DNA of 64,000 bases, taken from positions 32,361,648-32,425,647 of the forward strand of contig NC_092673.1 in NCBI RefSeq assembly GCF_964355755.1, written 5' to 3'. Position 1 is the stretch's first letter; each line of letters opens with the position of its first letter. The notes below the pieces were generated by a model. That model was not told the DNA's origin, did not search any database, and worked only from the letters and a program-made list of their open reading frames with translations. Positions 37,296-52,800 of this stretch are shown in pieces. The position numbers and the translations under genes are program-made. This DNA is from Antedon mediterranea. Its lineage: Eukaryota > Animalia > Echinodermata.

Positions 37296-40200
37296 TTAAT
37301 CTTTAACCTCTGCTTTTTTCTCTTTACTACTGGCATCATTTTCGGTAACATCAATAGTTTCTGCTGTCACTTCATTGTGTAAAATGTCTTTTTCATCTTT
37401 TACATTCACATCATCTTCGTTTTGTACATTGACTAAATCTTTTCTATTGACTACATCTTTTTCTTTGACTACATCTTCAGCAATGACTATACTTTTTGCG
37501 TTGACTACAATTTCATCATTGTCTACACCTTTTGCGTTGACTACATCTTCATCTTTTCCTTTGATTACATCTTCATCATTGCCTACATCTTTTGTGTTGA
37601 CTACACCTTCATCTTTTTTTTTGACATCTTCAGCAATGACTACATCCTCTGCATTGCCTACAAACTTTGCGTTGACTAAATCTTCATCTTTTCCTTTGAT
37701 TACATCTTCATCATTGCCTACATCTTTTGTGTTGACTACACCTTCATCTTTTTTTTTGACATCTTCAGCAATGACTACATCCTCTGCATTGCCTACAAAC
37801 TTTGCATTGACTAAATCTTCATCTTTTTCTTCAGCATTCACTACATTGCCAGCATTACCTGCACCTTCAGCATTGACTACTTCTTCTTCCTCCTCTTCGT
37901 GCAAAGGAGCAAGTGAAGTAGTCACTACGCTTCTTACAGCATCTTGTAGTTCATCAAGGTTGCCTGGTTCATGTCCAGTATTTTCTGGCTCTGGTGAAGG
38001 TGGCGGTGCAGCAGGAGCAATGTTCTGATCCTCTACCAATTTTTCTGCTGGGGAGTTCAAATACTCATGTTCATCAACGGAAGGCCAGTTATCTGGTGTT
38101 GTCATGCCTGTTAAAGCAGGAGTTGCCACCAGTACTGGAGGCGAGTTCATCTTTTCTGAAGGTTGCACCAAAATGCTGGTTGATTCATCCCACTGATGAT
38201 CATGTATACTTGTAGGTATGTTTACACTATCAGCCAGTGACGTTGTGTCACTACACCCCTCTTGAATTGTTCTCAGATTTTGTGCTGGTTCCTGCTGCTC
38301 TGCGTGGAATGGTGTATTTACAGGAGTTTGAGGAAGTGATCCAGGCATATCATTCTCAAACTTGACAATTGTAGAATGCTTTGAAAGAGCACTGTCTGTG
38401 TTGAAACTCTGTTTTGTTGAATAAGCTGGTGTTCCCAGAGGGGCCAGTGGCACTCTTGCTGAAAAACTTGGAGATATAGCATGAATTGGCTAAAATTGAA
38501 AGAAAAAGATGTATACACAGTATTAAAAAGAACAGCTAATTCTAAAATAATTCTCTATTGCTTTTTCGGCAGGCGGAAACCATAGAGTACTCAAGATTCA
38601 AAGACTATAATGAAAGTTGAATTAAACATTAAAGGACAGAAGAACAGAAGCAATTAAAAAAAAAATGATGAACCAGTAAAGAGAGCTTGAAATTTAGAGA
38701 CAACATGGTGAAGGAACAAAAAAAGATTAATCAGTGTACAAAAAGTGAATAGATGGCACAGCGAAGGCACAGCAACATGGAATTATCAACAGTCGGTTAT
38801 CCCTTGTAAGAGAGTGGAAAGATGGTGTAACAGCATATGAATGGTAGTAAGTAAGCTTTTCAAAGAGGAAGAAGAATGGTATAGTACACAATTTCACAGC
38901 AAGCAGAAGATAATAAGTTACCTCATAAATATACCAATGTGATGAATCAAACTGCATGCAAAATGGAGAAAATTATAGAAAAGCATGCATTAATAAAATA
39001 AAAATTTATGTGAATTTATGAAAATGGTGATAATAAACAGGGCTCAATTTTTTACTAGCCCAGCATACAATGGCTAGTAAAAAGTCTAAGTCTAGTGAAC
39101 AAAAGTATGGTAGGTCTAGTCAAGTTGTGTACAAGAGTAATGATGAATGTTAACTTGAGGCGAGGTTTCTAGGCTTAATTCTTCATTGCAATCTGTAACA
39201 CAATTTCTTAATAACTCTTACATTTCCTTCTGCAGCTGGGCTTGAAAGTAGCGATGTAGAGCGTCGGTAAGGAGACCTTGTCTTGGATTGATCATATGGG
39301 CTTTTGTTTCTGGGAGTGACGGGGGTTGTCATTGAAAGCCTATCTGATGACATGACACTTGGAATTGTCACATGAAGAGTGGATGCCTTATCTGAATGTA
39401 CTGGTGTAACAGGTTTAAGTACAACCTTCTTTTCTTTTATTGGTAATGGACCTAAAATAAAAAATAAGTTTCTGAATGAATATTATAAGAAAGAGTTTGC
39501 ACGCTTGTTTGTCCTACTGCTCGCTTCCACAAGCATTGGGTATCAAAATGGCCATAATTGTACTGGTAAGGTTTACACTACATTTGAAAATTATCCAAAA
39601 TCTTTCCTATTTTCAATTGTTTACACCCAGGATGGGGATTACTTGCTCTGGTGTGGGTATTTTGAGAGTGGATAATATATAATGCAATACACCTGCTCAG
39701 GATATGGTACTTACACCATATTTTTTGAGGGCAAGCAAAATATTTATCTGCAGCCCTTAAGGTGACAGACACTTCATAACACAGTATTGACATTTATATT
39801 TAGAAAAATAACTAAAGAATATTTACCAAGAGTCCAGTCCAGCGGTTTTGCTCTGTATGTAAATGGTTTAGTTGGACTAATCCCAGGATGCAATGGTGAT
39901 AGCTGTCTGGTGGCTACAGATGTTAATTTAGTCATGCTTCTCGTTGCTTCTGGCTTGACACCTGGATATTTAAATTAGAATAATTATTTATGCATAGTGC
40001 ATTATAAAATGATCGTTGTTTTAATATTATTCCTGTTTATTTGCAATGCATCATAGTTGAAAGAACTGTGTTTTGGAACAAAGCCAAATTAGTTGAAACA
40101 GAGGAGTTGGAAAGAGTCCACTGTTGCCTTATAAGCAACAGGCCCTGAAAACAACAGAATAAGTGATGATGATCATAGATATTATGTATTCAGTTTGATT

Positions 40201-42699
40201 TGAAAAGAAAGGATTCAAGCCTAGATCCCTTGATTGGTAATTAATGGTAAATTACACCTTAAATAGTTACCCTTAAGTGGAGCTAATGTTTTATTTGGTG
40301 ACTTTGCTGTTAACTCTTTCAACTCAATAACTTTTTCAGCAGCAGGGTCTTCTTCTACAACCTCTTTGACGCGCACTTCCTGATCTTTCTCCAACGTTAT
40401 TTCATCTCCTTTCTTCACATTTTCATCAAGGACAAATGGTTTGGTATGTGTAGGTATGGATTGATCACCAGATGTAAGTTTAGGGCCTTCTTTCAGTTCG
40501 ACCTTAATTTAAAAAAAAAATAAATTTGGAGTTTTGTAATTTTCAACATACTAATATTATGTCATGTAAAAATATTTTTAAATGGTACTGTACTGTATAA
40601 CAAAGGTATTACCTTTCTATTTAGGAGTATTCCCCTGTCCTCAAGGGGTGTTCCTGTTGCATTCCTTTTCTTTGCCAACAGTTTCTCTTGATCACGAATA
40701 TGTTGTTGGAAGTGTACTTGTGGCAAAACCTTTTCTAATAATTTATGCAACCTTTCTTTATTATAAATATCACTTGAATTGGAAACAAAAAATAAATTTG
40801 TTATTCCTTATCATAATGTGCAGTGGTTTAACTCAGGGCGCAAAGGCCCCTTAGCACTAAGCGCTTTTAGCAGTTACATCACTCATGCTATGACTCTTTA
40901 CTTAATTTTGATAATATAGTAGTTAATATGGTCATTGTATTTTTTCTTACCTATTTTGAGCATGTTCAATTACTTGAAGTAGCACCTCTTTTGGAAGATT
41001 CAAAAGCTGTGATATTCTATTGAAAAAAGGGATAAATAATATTACACTAAATTTGAAACTAAAAAGGTCATTTCAAAATGTATCTTAAATGCATACAATT
41101 TCATTATTAACTTAATTAACTTATAATAACAAATAATGTCAATACCTGTAGATCAAAAAGTATTTTAATTTGGCTTTTTGACTATTTTGATCAGAATTAC
41201 AAGCTTTTAAAATATATCCTGTTTAAACTTACTCATCCTCCCGTGGAGACTTGAGGTAGGATCTGTGTAAATTGGTTTTTGATGCGTTTGTATATGGGCG
41301 TCCACCTGTTGGTGGTTTATGCTTCTTCTGTAGAAAAAAATAAAAAATATTATAAATAATAATAGTAGACCTTATTAAGGGGATGCCTTCAGGACCCAAC
41401 AATAGGTGTTATGAGCACTGTATTCTTTTAAAAATGGGTCATCACACATGCTCAGTAACAACACTCACCTTTTCTTGTTTACGATGTTTTTGGACTTTCT
41501 TTGGTAGTAGATCTTCTGTCATATCTTTTATTTTCACATGCTCTGGATGGATTGAGCTTAAAGAGCCGGTGCTATAAAGGTAAACATAGATTTAGGTCAA
41601 ATATATACAGTATTGTGGTGTAGCTGTATGTATTTTGTATTCTGTATTTGGGCATGAGTACTTGAGAAGTAAGTATTGCCATACCAAGAAAAATTCTGAG
41701 GTGGTAGCGCATCTAGAAGAGTCTGAATTTAAGTGTTAATGTTTACACATTTTTCAGTTAACAAATAGTTTTCAAAATTGACATTATTAATCTTGGCCTT
41801 CCCAGATCAAACACTAATTAATTTTACATTGATAGAAACAATGTTGAAGTCAACACTACCTTTGAATGAATTTAGTATCAAGTTGACTGTTTGCTTTTGC
41901 TGATCTTTTTCTAGTGCACCACAAATAAAAGTGAGAACCCACAAAATTATCACTCCAGTCTTCAGGCCATTCCACTATCTCGTGCACTTCTATTTTCTTG
42001 AGAGTTGGTGGTTTTGATTGGGGTTGCTTCTTGCTGAGTGATGTTGATGTGTTAATAGCTGGTGATCCAGTTGGTGTAACTGAAGCTGTGATTGGGTGGG
42101 TTTCACTAAAAATTGAAGTTATTAATATAAAATATGATGAATTATAAAAAAATACTTTTTTATTACTGTGGTATGGTATTATTAACATCTTTGAAAAAGG
42201 AAACATTTTGTTTATTATCACTTACCGTAACATATTTGTTGAGGGCGCAGAGGAACCTCGGTAATGTTGCCATGTAGCAAAACCACTTTCACCCGCAAAC
42301 AAATCGCAAATCTTTAATGTTGGAAGACCTAAAAAATAATTATTCAATAAATTGTATACAAACTATTTTTAGTCAGTATTTTAAAGAATGGAAAAGAGAA
42401 ATACCCTACTCTCTATTTGTAAAAAAAGGGTTTTATTTTGAATAATATATTTGAATATATGATATTGTTATCAAAACATAACATTTAGATACTACAGTTA
42501 GTAATATATGTATGTAATACAACTATGTACCATCTGTTTCAGAAATTTCTGAATTTTTGTTTGAAGATTTTTCAACAACTCTGGGTAGTCCTCGTTCAAC
42601 ACGTCGATTGGAAGCCCAACATAACGGATGCTGACACAAAGGTCCACATGCTGTTTCATCCATGTGTTTTCCAGCAGATCTGCTGCTCCGTTCTTGCAT
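37296..42699 (-). CDS. C9orf43/DUF4647-like protein with a long low-complexity acidic C-terminus (about 11 coding exons)
   Basis: Exon 42699-42531 reads [40 protein letters not shown] in a frame missing from the ORF track. Exon 42328-42226 reads [10 protein letters not shown]. These match my recollection of the human C9orf43 N-terminus (DETTC..VCQHPQCWA.IRRIERGHPR..LPVL.VVDI). Further GT-AG exons at 42105-41860, 41571-41469, ~41347-41234, ~41017-40951, ~40760-40612, ~40503-40271, ~39963-39826, ~39450-39222 and ~38489-37296. Probable upstream (UTR) exons near 43130-43420. Internal boundaries are approximate. Confidence 0.75.
37548..37825 (-). repeat. In-frame 135-bp (45-aa) tandem duplication in the acidic last exon
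   Basis: [45 protein letters not shown] x2, set among degenerate EDVVNAK repeats. Confidence 0.9.
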
Positions 42700-43419
42700 C
42701 TGAAAAAAGAATTAAAGTTCTTCAATATGTTTTTTTTTTTGGTTTAGAGGGACATTTGGTCTAAAAAAGGATGATCCACGACCTCGTGCTAAGGATCTTT
42801 GGAAACAAATGGTTAATAATAATATTATTATTAATAATAATAATAATATATATTTTGTGGTAACACTACAGTCATCCATATTTTATTATACATAATTTAC
42901 ATTGTTCAATTCTTTGATGTGAAAACAAGTTGATAAGTCGATCCATTATTGAATATAACTACTGTAGGCCGCGCCTATAAAAAGAATTTGGCTAGGCCTA
43001 ATAAATAACAATACAATAACAAATATCAATTTATTTTAAAATATCGGCCTTTTATTTAAATAAAAATATAGTACTGTTGGGTCCTGCACTTTGATTTATT
43101 AATTTTAAAAAATTGTTGTATTCACACGTACTCTCCTATGCAACTACCGGTGTCCGAATCGTCTCTCGAAACTTGCTTCCGGGGCGGAACGTCCACCCAT
43201 GACCCGAAACGTCCTTCTCAGTCCCTTTGTTTGCCAAGCCACAACAACAAAGAAACTGAACGAGCCTTCCTACATTCACTACATACAAAGAGTCTGTAAT
43301 AAGCCTATCCTTTTTATTATATCACTCTTTGTAGTCTAATTAATTATGTGCGTTTATACAAACCTTGCTCCGGACCTACGTTTCCAAAACCATGCTTAAA
43401 TTCACGTCATGTTCAAGCA

Positions 43420-43885
43420 TGTAAGCCTAGGGGCTAGGCCTACTTCGTGTTTACAAACAAATATCGCGTGTGTGGTAGTCATAACGACCATCTGACGTAA
43501 CATTTTGTGGTTGCCGTGAAGTTCATACTTTTAGTACCCAATTACGTTTTGATTGTAATATGTGAGGTGGTACGGTGTAAAAAACGGAGCTATGAATAAT
43601 ATTTTCCAGTATAGTTTTAAAAGTAATGGAGAATTTTATGCAATCCTATTCGAGACAGTATATAATGGATAAATAGTAAAAAAAAAAAGAGGGGAGGAGT
43701 CACTGAAACGATGATTGATGAATATGTATTACTTGACATTTGACCTTTCTTCTTGCACAAAAAACAAATGTGTTTTGTGTTTTTGAAAGAGAACGAGAGA
43801 TCGAGTAAAGACTAAAGTAATGCTGAATTATCACTCATAAAGAATAATATAATGTGAGTGTACACTGTTTTGTTTTTGAAAGAAA
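43420..43885. promoter_or_regulatory. Putative bidirectional promoter of the C9orf43-like gene and WDR31
   Basis: Divergent genes with under 500 bp between their presumed first exons. Forkhead-type tgtttac at 43448-43454, X-box-like gtagtcataacgac at 43475-43488, half X-box gttgcc at 43510. The motifs are degenerate. Confidence 0.45.
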
Positions 43886-46800
43886 ATGGGGAAGCGTCAT
43901 AGTAAACACAAACGTGCACGTTCACCTTTGTACGAGTAAGTAAAAATCATCAATTAACATGCAAAAAAGAGGTATTGTTGTTTGTTGTTATTAGGCCGAT
44001 TAAACTGCAGATTCGGTACAGTGCGGCGCATACAGAAAAGGGGATAAATGAGGTGGGTGTGAGAGGAGGAACCCTTTTCATGCCATCACTGAAATTAAGA
44101 AGAATTAACAAACTGGGCCTAAGACTAGGTTAGTGTAGCCTACACTATTATAGTATTAGTGTGGGGCCGTGGTGCGCAATTTGAAAAAAAAAAATGTTGG
44201 TGCAGTTCCAAAAATGGTCCAAATAAATCCTTGCAGGTTGAATGTTGGATTGCGTTCTGGAATCTATAGCAAGGTATAAATTGAGCAAAGTATAACAAAG
44301 CGACTGCCACTTATTTCTGGTTCCCACTTTGGCGCAACGCAACGTCATAGCCTACCGGGCACAACGCAAGTGAGTTGACCAATCTCAAGAGATTTTTTGG
44401 AAGATCCATTGCATTCATTGGTGGTCAACTCATTCTTGGCCGTTGCATAAAAATGGGAACTAAGATGAAATAAACATACAGTACATCCCTATTAATTTTA
44501 TCTAGCGTCTATGAATAGTCTTTTTATTAAGCGTCTTTTTATATTAAATTATTACATGCATTTATGTTTATAAATAACAATATAAAACTTTAGAAAGCCA
44601 CTCCGTAAGTGCATACCTCCTCCGCCTACTGTAAAATTCTCCAAGTACTACATACGATTTCTCCGGGAAAATATATATTTGTGTGTGTCTTAGTGCTGTG
44701 TGTGATTTAGGCTAATTTCACTACAAACATGTGTATGCGAATTTGGTGTAATGGTTATGTAACCAGCCTTTCAACAAACAAATAGTTTCAGTTGACAAAC
44801 CATAGAACAGCAACGCGAAAAACAAACGTGTGAATTTGAAAAAAAACAGGTTTTTACTACTTGTATCAAAAAATTAAATCAAATTATGTTTTGAAATTAC
44901 AAATCAAAAATTATAACTCTTGCCTCTTGTACAAATATTTTGTGGACAAGTAGTTCTTGAGAAAATGCAATTTCGGTTTTGTTACTTTATTATACTGCTT
45001 CGTTAGCTTTTGAAAATTCTGTCCTATCTTTTAACACTAGCAGGTCTGAAAAGTACACTAAAAAGTGTTCCAAAATTGATACCGTGGTCTGGATCCCCTC
45101 CAAAATTTAATGGAGTGGTCCATATCTATCTGTATTTAAATTTTTTGGTATATATATCTTGTAATTACTTTTTGAGTAATCCTGCTAACAAACAAACAAT
45201 CACACTCGATCGTCTACATATACTTGGCGGCGGTTAATAATAATGTTCACATTTACAAGTGTTGGCTGTTATATACAGTATATTTTTCTCTTGTACAAAC
45301 AAGGGGTGTTCTGACAGCTGTGCCAGTGGACGATGTGAGACGTTATACGCCAGTTCACACTGAGGCTGTTCAGAGTCTTTGCTTAGTCAAGGATGACATT
45401 TGTCTGTCGGGAAGCTCTGATAAGGTAATGAATGTATTGTAAGGCTCTGTCTACACTATCAAACTATTTGGACAAAAAGTGTGATGTGCCCAAATATGGT
45501 AGTGATATGCCCAAATATGGTCCATGTATGGGTATCACATTGTTTTGTCACGTAAAGTTTGAGAGTGTAAACAGAGCTTAAAGTTTTCAAAGAGTCCAGT
45601 TATTGGAAAAGTCAACTTTTATTACCAATTTTCTTATAAATTTATAAATAATGTGTAATTTATTCAAAATATGCTTACACTGTAGTCCCATTAGAAAATT
45701 TTGCAAAAGTAGAGATTATACTACTACTATAATTAGACTTGTACAGTGGTGTAAATTTAGTGGACAAATATCATATCATCTATTAAAAAAAATGTTTGCA
45801 AAAGAAAGATGAAATTGAAAAGTTGGTTTGCAAAACCAATTTCTTTATTGATTGTTTGGAAAATATAAGCCAAACAAATCAGAAATTAATATCTAAATGT
45901 TTTTTTTCTTTAGAATTTTGCTATAATATGAATCATGCACCTCCCTCCCCTCTTGAATTCCCAACTTTCATCCAAGCACCCATCTTAAGGATAATGTGCA
46001 ATGTTTTTCAAACTAGATATTTAAAAAAAGCCATGTACTGTATTGAAAGTCTTTGTTCGATTGCATCAGATAATAAGAGCAAACGGATGTCATAGTAGCA
46101 GTGTTAAATTAAAATATCTGTTAATATGCTTGAAGCATTTTGCAGAAAGCAGTTGTAGTTATTATTATAATTAGCACTGTTGTAGCAATGGAAATGTGAG
46201 TGGACTTGCAAAAATATGTAGCTTTTATTTTGTGGGAGAATGAGCCAATACCGCTTGTTGATAACAAGCAGTGATAGATAAATGATGTGATAAAGTGTTA
46301 ACAATAATTTAAGTGCTAAAAAAAACACTGAAGGAAATACTTGCAAGGTGCATTATTTAAAAAAAAACCCTCTTTGGGACACCTCTATTCAGGGGACACT
46401 TTCCCATTAAAATAATACCTGGCAGGGTGCGTAAGTTGTTTGATAAAACCCCTCATTTGGACACCTCTATTAAGGAGACACTTTTCCATGAAAATAATAC
46501 TTGGCTGGGTGCGTAAGTTGTTTCATAAAACCCCTCCTTTGGACACCTCTATTAAGGGGACACTTTTCCATTAAAATAATACTTGGCAGGATGCGTAAGT
46601 TGTTTGATAAAACTCCTCCTTTAGGACACCTCTATTAAGGGGACACTTTTCCTTTGAAACGAACAATTCCTTATACTATATGTTTTTAAAATAATTATAC
46701 CACTATGACCAACCCAATAAAGAGGATACCTGTATTACAGGGATACTGAAGGTTTTCCCTTAATAGGGGTTCTACTATTGTATTTTGGTCTATATACAGT

Positions 46801-49800
46801 AGAATATCTAGATTTTAATTAATAATTTAATTATAAACTTTTGTGTCATTAATATTGTATAATTCCTGATTAAAAATATTCATGTTGGTATACAGTAGCT
46901 AGATATGTACAATAAAAATTCAGGACAATAACTTTAATACAAATTGTGGATGTTTATTGTTATGCAAAACAATATAATCAGAGCAAAATATTAATATAGA
47001 AAAAGCTTTTTTAAAGACATTACAGAAGAGAAGAGAAGAATAATATTGTTAGCAACTTATGGTTTCCTTTTATTCTTCAGAGTCTTGTTCTTTATAAATG
47101 GAAAGATGGAACAATTATGCAGAGATGGACAGGACACAAAAAAGAAATTACTAAGGTATTTAAAATATATATAGGATGGATGTACAGCCACATTCAACAA
47201 GTGCAAAATGATAAGTACATAAAATTGAACTATAAAATCTACTGGATAATTGCCTTAAAACTTATTTTGCAAAAATACAGTACAAGAAACAAAATAAGAT
47301 ATGAAATGGTACAAAATATATTAAAGAGAATAATCATTACATAAATCTTTCTAGCGGAATGCTTTTCCCAGTTGAGTAGTCGTCTAGATAATATGTTGAG
47401 TGTAATTACCTTAATGATTTAAAATGAAAATAATGAGCCAGAGAATTATTAGACTAATTGAAAGGCGGAGGATTTGCAGAGCAACGCATTCATAATGGAC
47501 AGAGCGTTTATTATATCATTGGACAAAAATTGAAGGCAAAATTGTTTAATGCATATCGCATTCTTTAATTAATGAACATGATGATGAACTCAATTATTGT
47601 GATGCGATGAAAAAGAACCGGTGATTAGTTGGAAATCTTTCATTATTCTTGCATTTTTGTACTTTATTATTATATTTCTTTCTCCTATTATCTTCTTGCT
47701 TCTCCCTACTTTATTATTTTTTTCCTACCTATTTTATTCTTATCCTTTCTTCTTCTTAATACCTGTACGTATTCTTCCTTTCTTTTTTCCTACTTTATTA
47801 TTCTTGCTTCTTCCTACTTTTATTCTTCCTCCTTCTTCTTCCTACTTTAGTATTCTTGCTTCTTCCTACTTTTATTCTTCCTCCTTCTTCTTCCTACTTT
47901 AGTATTCTTCCTTCTTCTTCCTACTTTAGTAATTCTTCTTTCTTCCTACTTTAGTATTCTTGCTTCTTCTTCCTACTTTAGTAATTCTTCTTTCTTCCTA
48001 CTTTAGTATTCTTGCTTCTTCTTTCTTCCTGCTTTTGTATCCTTCCTCCTTATTTGTTTCTACTTATTCTTCTTTCTTCCTACATTTTTTATTCTTCTTT
48101 CTTCCTACTTTAGTAATAATATTCTTCCTTCTTCGTTCTTCCTACTTAGAATTCTTCCTTTTTCTTTCTTCCTACTTTATTCTTCTTCCTTCTTTCTTCT
48201 TCCTACTTTAGTATTCTTCCTTTTTCTTTGTTCCGACGATTATTATTTCTTCTTCCTACTTTATACTTCCTTATTTTTTCCTTCTTTTTTCTTTTTTCCT
48301 ACATTATACCTCTTCTTCTTACTACTTTCCTTCTTCCTACTTTATTCCTCCTATTTTTCTATAATTCCTTCTCTTCATTCTTCTAACCCAATTCATTGGG
48401 GCTATTGTACTATTTATGTACATTTTAATTTATTAATACTGATCATATTTCAAACGGTATAAAATTACATGGACATGTAGACAAAAATTTGCAATAAAAA
48501 TTAATGACATAACCAGCAAACATAATACTTTATAATCTCATGAAATTTGTTAGAGCTAAACATCTCTTCTTGCAAACAGAATTTGTACGAAATTTCATTC
48601 AAGGCCTCAATATAAATTATATGAAAAAAATCAGTGTGGTCTATTGGAATCTTAAGAATTCCTTTATTTGTCTAAAAAAATATAGTTAGTAGTTTATAAA
48701 AAACAGAAATACAAATTGCAAAAGATAACGAATTAATCAATATAGCATGATGCCTGTATGTTTTATAAAAAAACATAAAACAAGATACTGTACAAATGCT
48801 AAAACAGTAAGGCAAAATAACCCTCATGCACAGCCTAAAAGGGCTTGTTACATTTTTTCATTTATTCCACATTTATTTAGTCATCAATTACAGTACATCA
48901 TAATTACAGTACAACTGAAAACAGGGATCCTGCATAAAAAAGCTGTAGCTTCGTTTTTTTGTAGGACCCTTTTACATAAGAACAAGTATATAGAACTTAA
49001 ATAAACAAAGGTGTTGTTAATCAGCATATAGTGATAAAAAGTATTTTTTGACCTGTTTTTTTATACATTTATTTTGTTTCTTTAAAATAACCGGTTTATT
49101 ACCACCATTACTGAATTCTTTCCACAATTTTGGTCCATATTATGTGTATAAACTGTTGACTGCAAGTTAGTCTTGTGAAGGGAATTTCGAATTCAGTTTC
49201 TGTTCTGAGGTTATGAGTAGGCCTAATACTGTCACAGTAATTAAAAATATTTAAAATGTGATGTGGTAATTCATTGAATTTTACGTTTGCCATAAATCCT
49301 ATGACGTTTACTTTGTAAATATCATAAACGTTTAATATTTTTAGTTTCTTAAACAGTGGCTCTGAGGCTTGTCTGGATTTAGAGAAGGTAATGCATAACA
49401 TAGATAGAGAGAGAGAGAGAGAGTGCCAAAAAATGCAACAACGTCTGTATTCCATCATTTAATTTGTTGTAAAAAATACAACAATAGTACAAAAACATGA
49501 ACATTAACAGATGTTTTCAAATAAGGCAGAACTCTACAAAATGTTACCTAACATTTTTAATCTACAAATATTTGGTTGATTTATTTAATTCAATCCTGTT
49601 ATTAGCAACTCTGCTCGCTTTTGGATGATGTTGAAATATTAATCAATTAATTCTACAAATATTTTTAAGGAAATTAAAAGAAAAAATAGGTTAATTGTCT
49701 GCATTCACTATAGTGCAAGTATGAAGTGTAAATTTCAACTACTGTACTGTGTTTGATAAAAAAAAAACACAACGACATGCAGTTGAGTACGCCATAATTC

Positions 49801-52800
49801 CTTCTTTCTCATGACGTTACTCAACAACTCATTTGAAGAATGACTGATTATGATATATTTATATAGTCTATAAACTATAAATAATAATTACTTGATGATC
49901 CTACAGTATATTTGCAGGTTAATATTAACTGTTGATCAATATGTAATCAATTGTCTGTTATATTTCTTTTTATTTTATATATAATTATTAAGGAAATTTT
50001 TTTTTAAAAGAAGAACACATGAATTGGTTTGATATTTTAAATTTTACATCTTGTCTTTTCTCTTCGATAATTGTGATGATTGCAGTAAAGCAAATGAAGA
50101 TGAATAAACTGATTTATATTTTATTTTTGTTTATAATTTGTATTCACAAGTTCAACCATAAACAAATTCTGATTTTGGGGATCCGGTTTTTAAAGAGTTC
50201 AGTGGTGGAGGGTTGAGACTGTATTTTAACCATGGGAAAACTTAGTTCCTTGTAAGCTACAGTACATATATAAACAGCAAGTTTATGACTTTCAAAGGTC
50301 ATATTGTTCTGTAAAATTAAATGAAGCATCTCAGAATATAAACAACAATCAAGAGGTTACTGAATTGAATCGTTAGATCTTTGATCTTTGTCTGAGCAGT
50401 AGTCTTTATTCAATAGAAATACAGTCCTTGTCTCATAGTATTCAATACTGTATTAACTTTAGAAAAATCGGAATTAAACAGTTGTAATACAAATGTATAT
50501 TCTGTAAATAATTGAAACTAGACATTTTTTGACAAGATAATGAAAATGAAAAATCTAATATTAAATTTCAATTTGTTCAGAAATTAATTGCCAGAGGCTG
50601 AAAAGGAGTTCCTTTAATAATAGATTAAAAATTGTAATTTTACTGTAAATTATCAAAGATAGAAATTTAAAAAATATATTTGACACTTTTTATACAGTGA
50701 ACACCTCTTTTTGCATCTGAACCCTTCATGAATCGATTGATTCAAATTGAAATATTTTATTTATACTGGCGACTTCTTCAGTCAAAGACTGGTCTCCCAG
50801 AGGGCCCAGTTATGATCAGTGGCTGTGATGTACTAATACACCGGGGTAACCCCCTACTCGTCTCGAAAGATGTACTAGGTTCTTTAAAGTGCACATGAGC
50901 TAGATGTGTACACTGGACCTACGGTTCTTCTTCTTCTTCTTCTTCTTCGTATTAGGAGCCAACTTCATATGTGAAGACTCTGCTCCTCCAACTCTGTTTT
51001 GCTAGCTCTACTGTATTTGGTTGTGTATTATTGTTCTATTTAGTTATTCTTTTACAGAGAGAAACTGACTGCCTTATTTATTTATAATTATTATTATTAA
51101 TTATCATTATTATTATTTTTTTTATTTTTTTTATTTTTTTTTATTTATTTATTTATTTATTTTTTTTTTTTTTTTTTAATTTTTTTTTTTTCCTCTCTTT
51201 TTTTCCCCTTACTTCTCCTTTCACTTTTCTTTCTCTCTTTTCTTCCCTTTCCCTTATCTCTTTTTTAAAGCAACACATACCTCAATTTTCCTCTCTCCTA
51301 AAGGGTCCCTTTGTTTTACCTGTTCGTCTTTCCACAACGACAGGGGCTGAATGGACCAGTACACCCTGGTACCCCCAACTTTTGTAGGATGATATACTAC
51401 TAGTTCATTATCTGAGAAGACTATAAAACCACCAGAACAATGGTCGAGGAATGTCTTGAACATGTGCCGCTTGTATAGCTATGGTTTACGGCGCCCCTGC
51501 CTTAACTGCTTGACCACAAAACTGAAAACTAGAAACATAAAGTCGTAGAAACAATTGTCAATTGTTATTATTATGAATTTCTACATTTTAAATGATGTTT
51601 AATGATAATTACAGGTGTCCCACGCTGTGGACTCTGATGCTTTCTTTAGTGCGTCGAGGGACACAACTGTAAATATGTGGAAACGAGGAACAACACAGGG
51701 TGGAGTGTGTCAAAATATAAGTCAGACGTTTGAAGGCCATGACCTGGTAGTTACCGGGTTAGCAGTTAGTCTACTCAGTAAGTTATCTTTTTTGTTCAGC
51801 CACACATCGTCTTTTGATAAAAAGACAAATTAGAGGATACCTTTAGTCACAACCAGTTGCATTACGGAAACATGCTTTATTGACGAAAGACATTAGTTCA
51901 GAACCTGTGTAATCATCACCATCAATTTTAAATCACTGATATCCTGAGTTGGAAATGTCTCATTTTAAAATTTTGAACAAAAGAATGCATCATAAACAAT
52001 TAATATGAAGACATACAATTTTTCCCTTTACATTTAATAATAAACCAACTGATTTTATTAACCATGAAAGTTGAACATAAAATTCAGGCTATAGTGGTTC
52101 TACACCCCTCCCACATCTCCAACTTCAATAATAATTCAAAAAGTAGGCCCTGTGCTAATATGTACAGTACAGTAATTTATTAAATTTTAACTTCAAGATC
52201 AAAACAACATCTCACATGTATGTTTAACATTAATGACATTGACAATCCACAAGTCAGACCTGCCATCTGAAGGATTATGTACTCTGGATGAATAACTTAG
52301 TCATTGAGAAGTAGATGCGTAAAACAAAATGGACATTTTCAACATTTCCCATGAATTTGAAGTAGTCGGCTAAGTGGCAGATTATTGAAGATGAGACTTT
52401 ATGTTCTTATGTTACTATCCTCCTTATCTATCTTTCTATTTATAGTTACATGCAAATGAAGAAAATGATTGCATTTTCTGTCTGCTAAAATTGTTTTTGG
52501 TAACATGCATGTAATACTGTACCATACAAAATTGTAAACAATTCTCTGACAGTCCATAGCCTTTGCCAATACCGTGTACCCTGTATATTTGCCATTTAAA
52601 AAATAAATGATGATTAAAAAGATACTCAGGAATTGAACCAGGGATCTCAACTGTGTAAGGCTTGATATATAACCATTACACCATTACAACAAAGCCTAAT
52701 TTACACTCAGCAAAAAAATATTTAAAAAATAAATGATGATGAAAGAAAAAAGATCTTCAGGAATTGAACCAGGAATCTCAACTGTGTAAGGCTTGATATA

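Noticed and set aside
37375-38028. 217-aa Ser/Thr-rich plus-strand ORF (mucin-like)
   Set aside because: Antisense reading of the acidic repeat exon.
42498-42725. ORF-track protein [13 protein letters not shown]...
   Set aside because: It is an alternative frame over the real exon and is not phase-compatible with the next exon ([10 protein letters not shown]).
43130-43275. In-frame TGA in a possible upstream exon of the C9orf43-like gene (selenocysteine or readthrough?)
   Set aside because: That frame has no upstream ATG and joins the non-conserved frame of the next exon. The conserved CQHPLCW frame starts at ATG 42699, so this is probably UTR.
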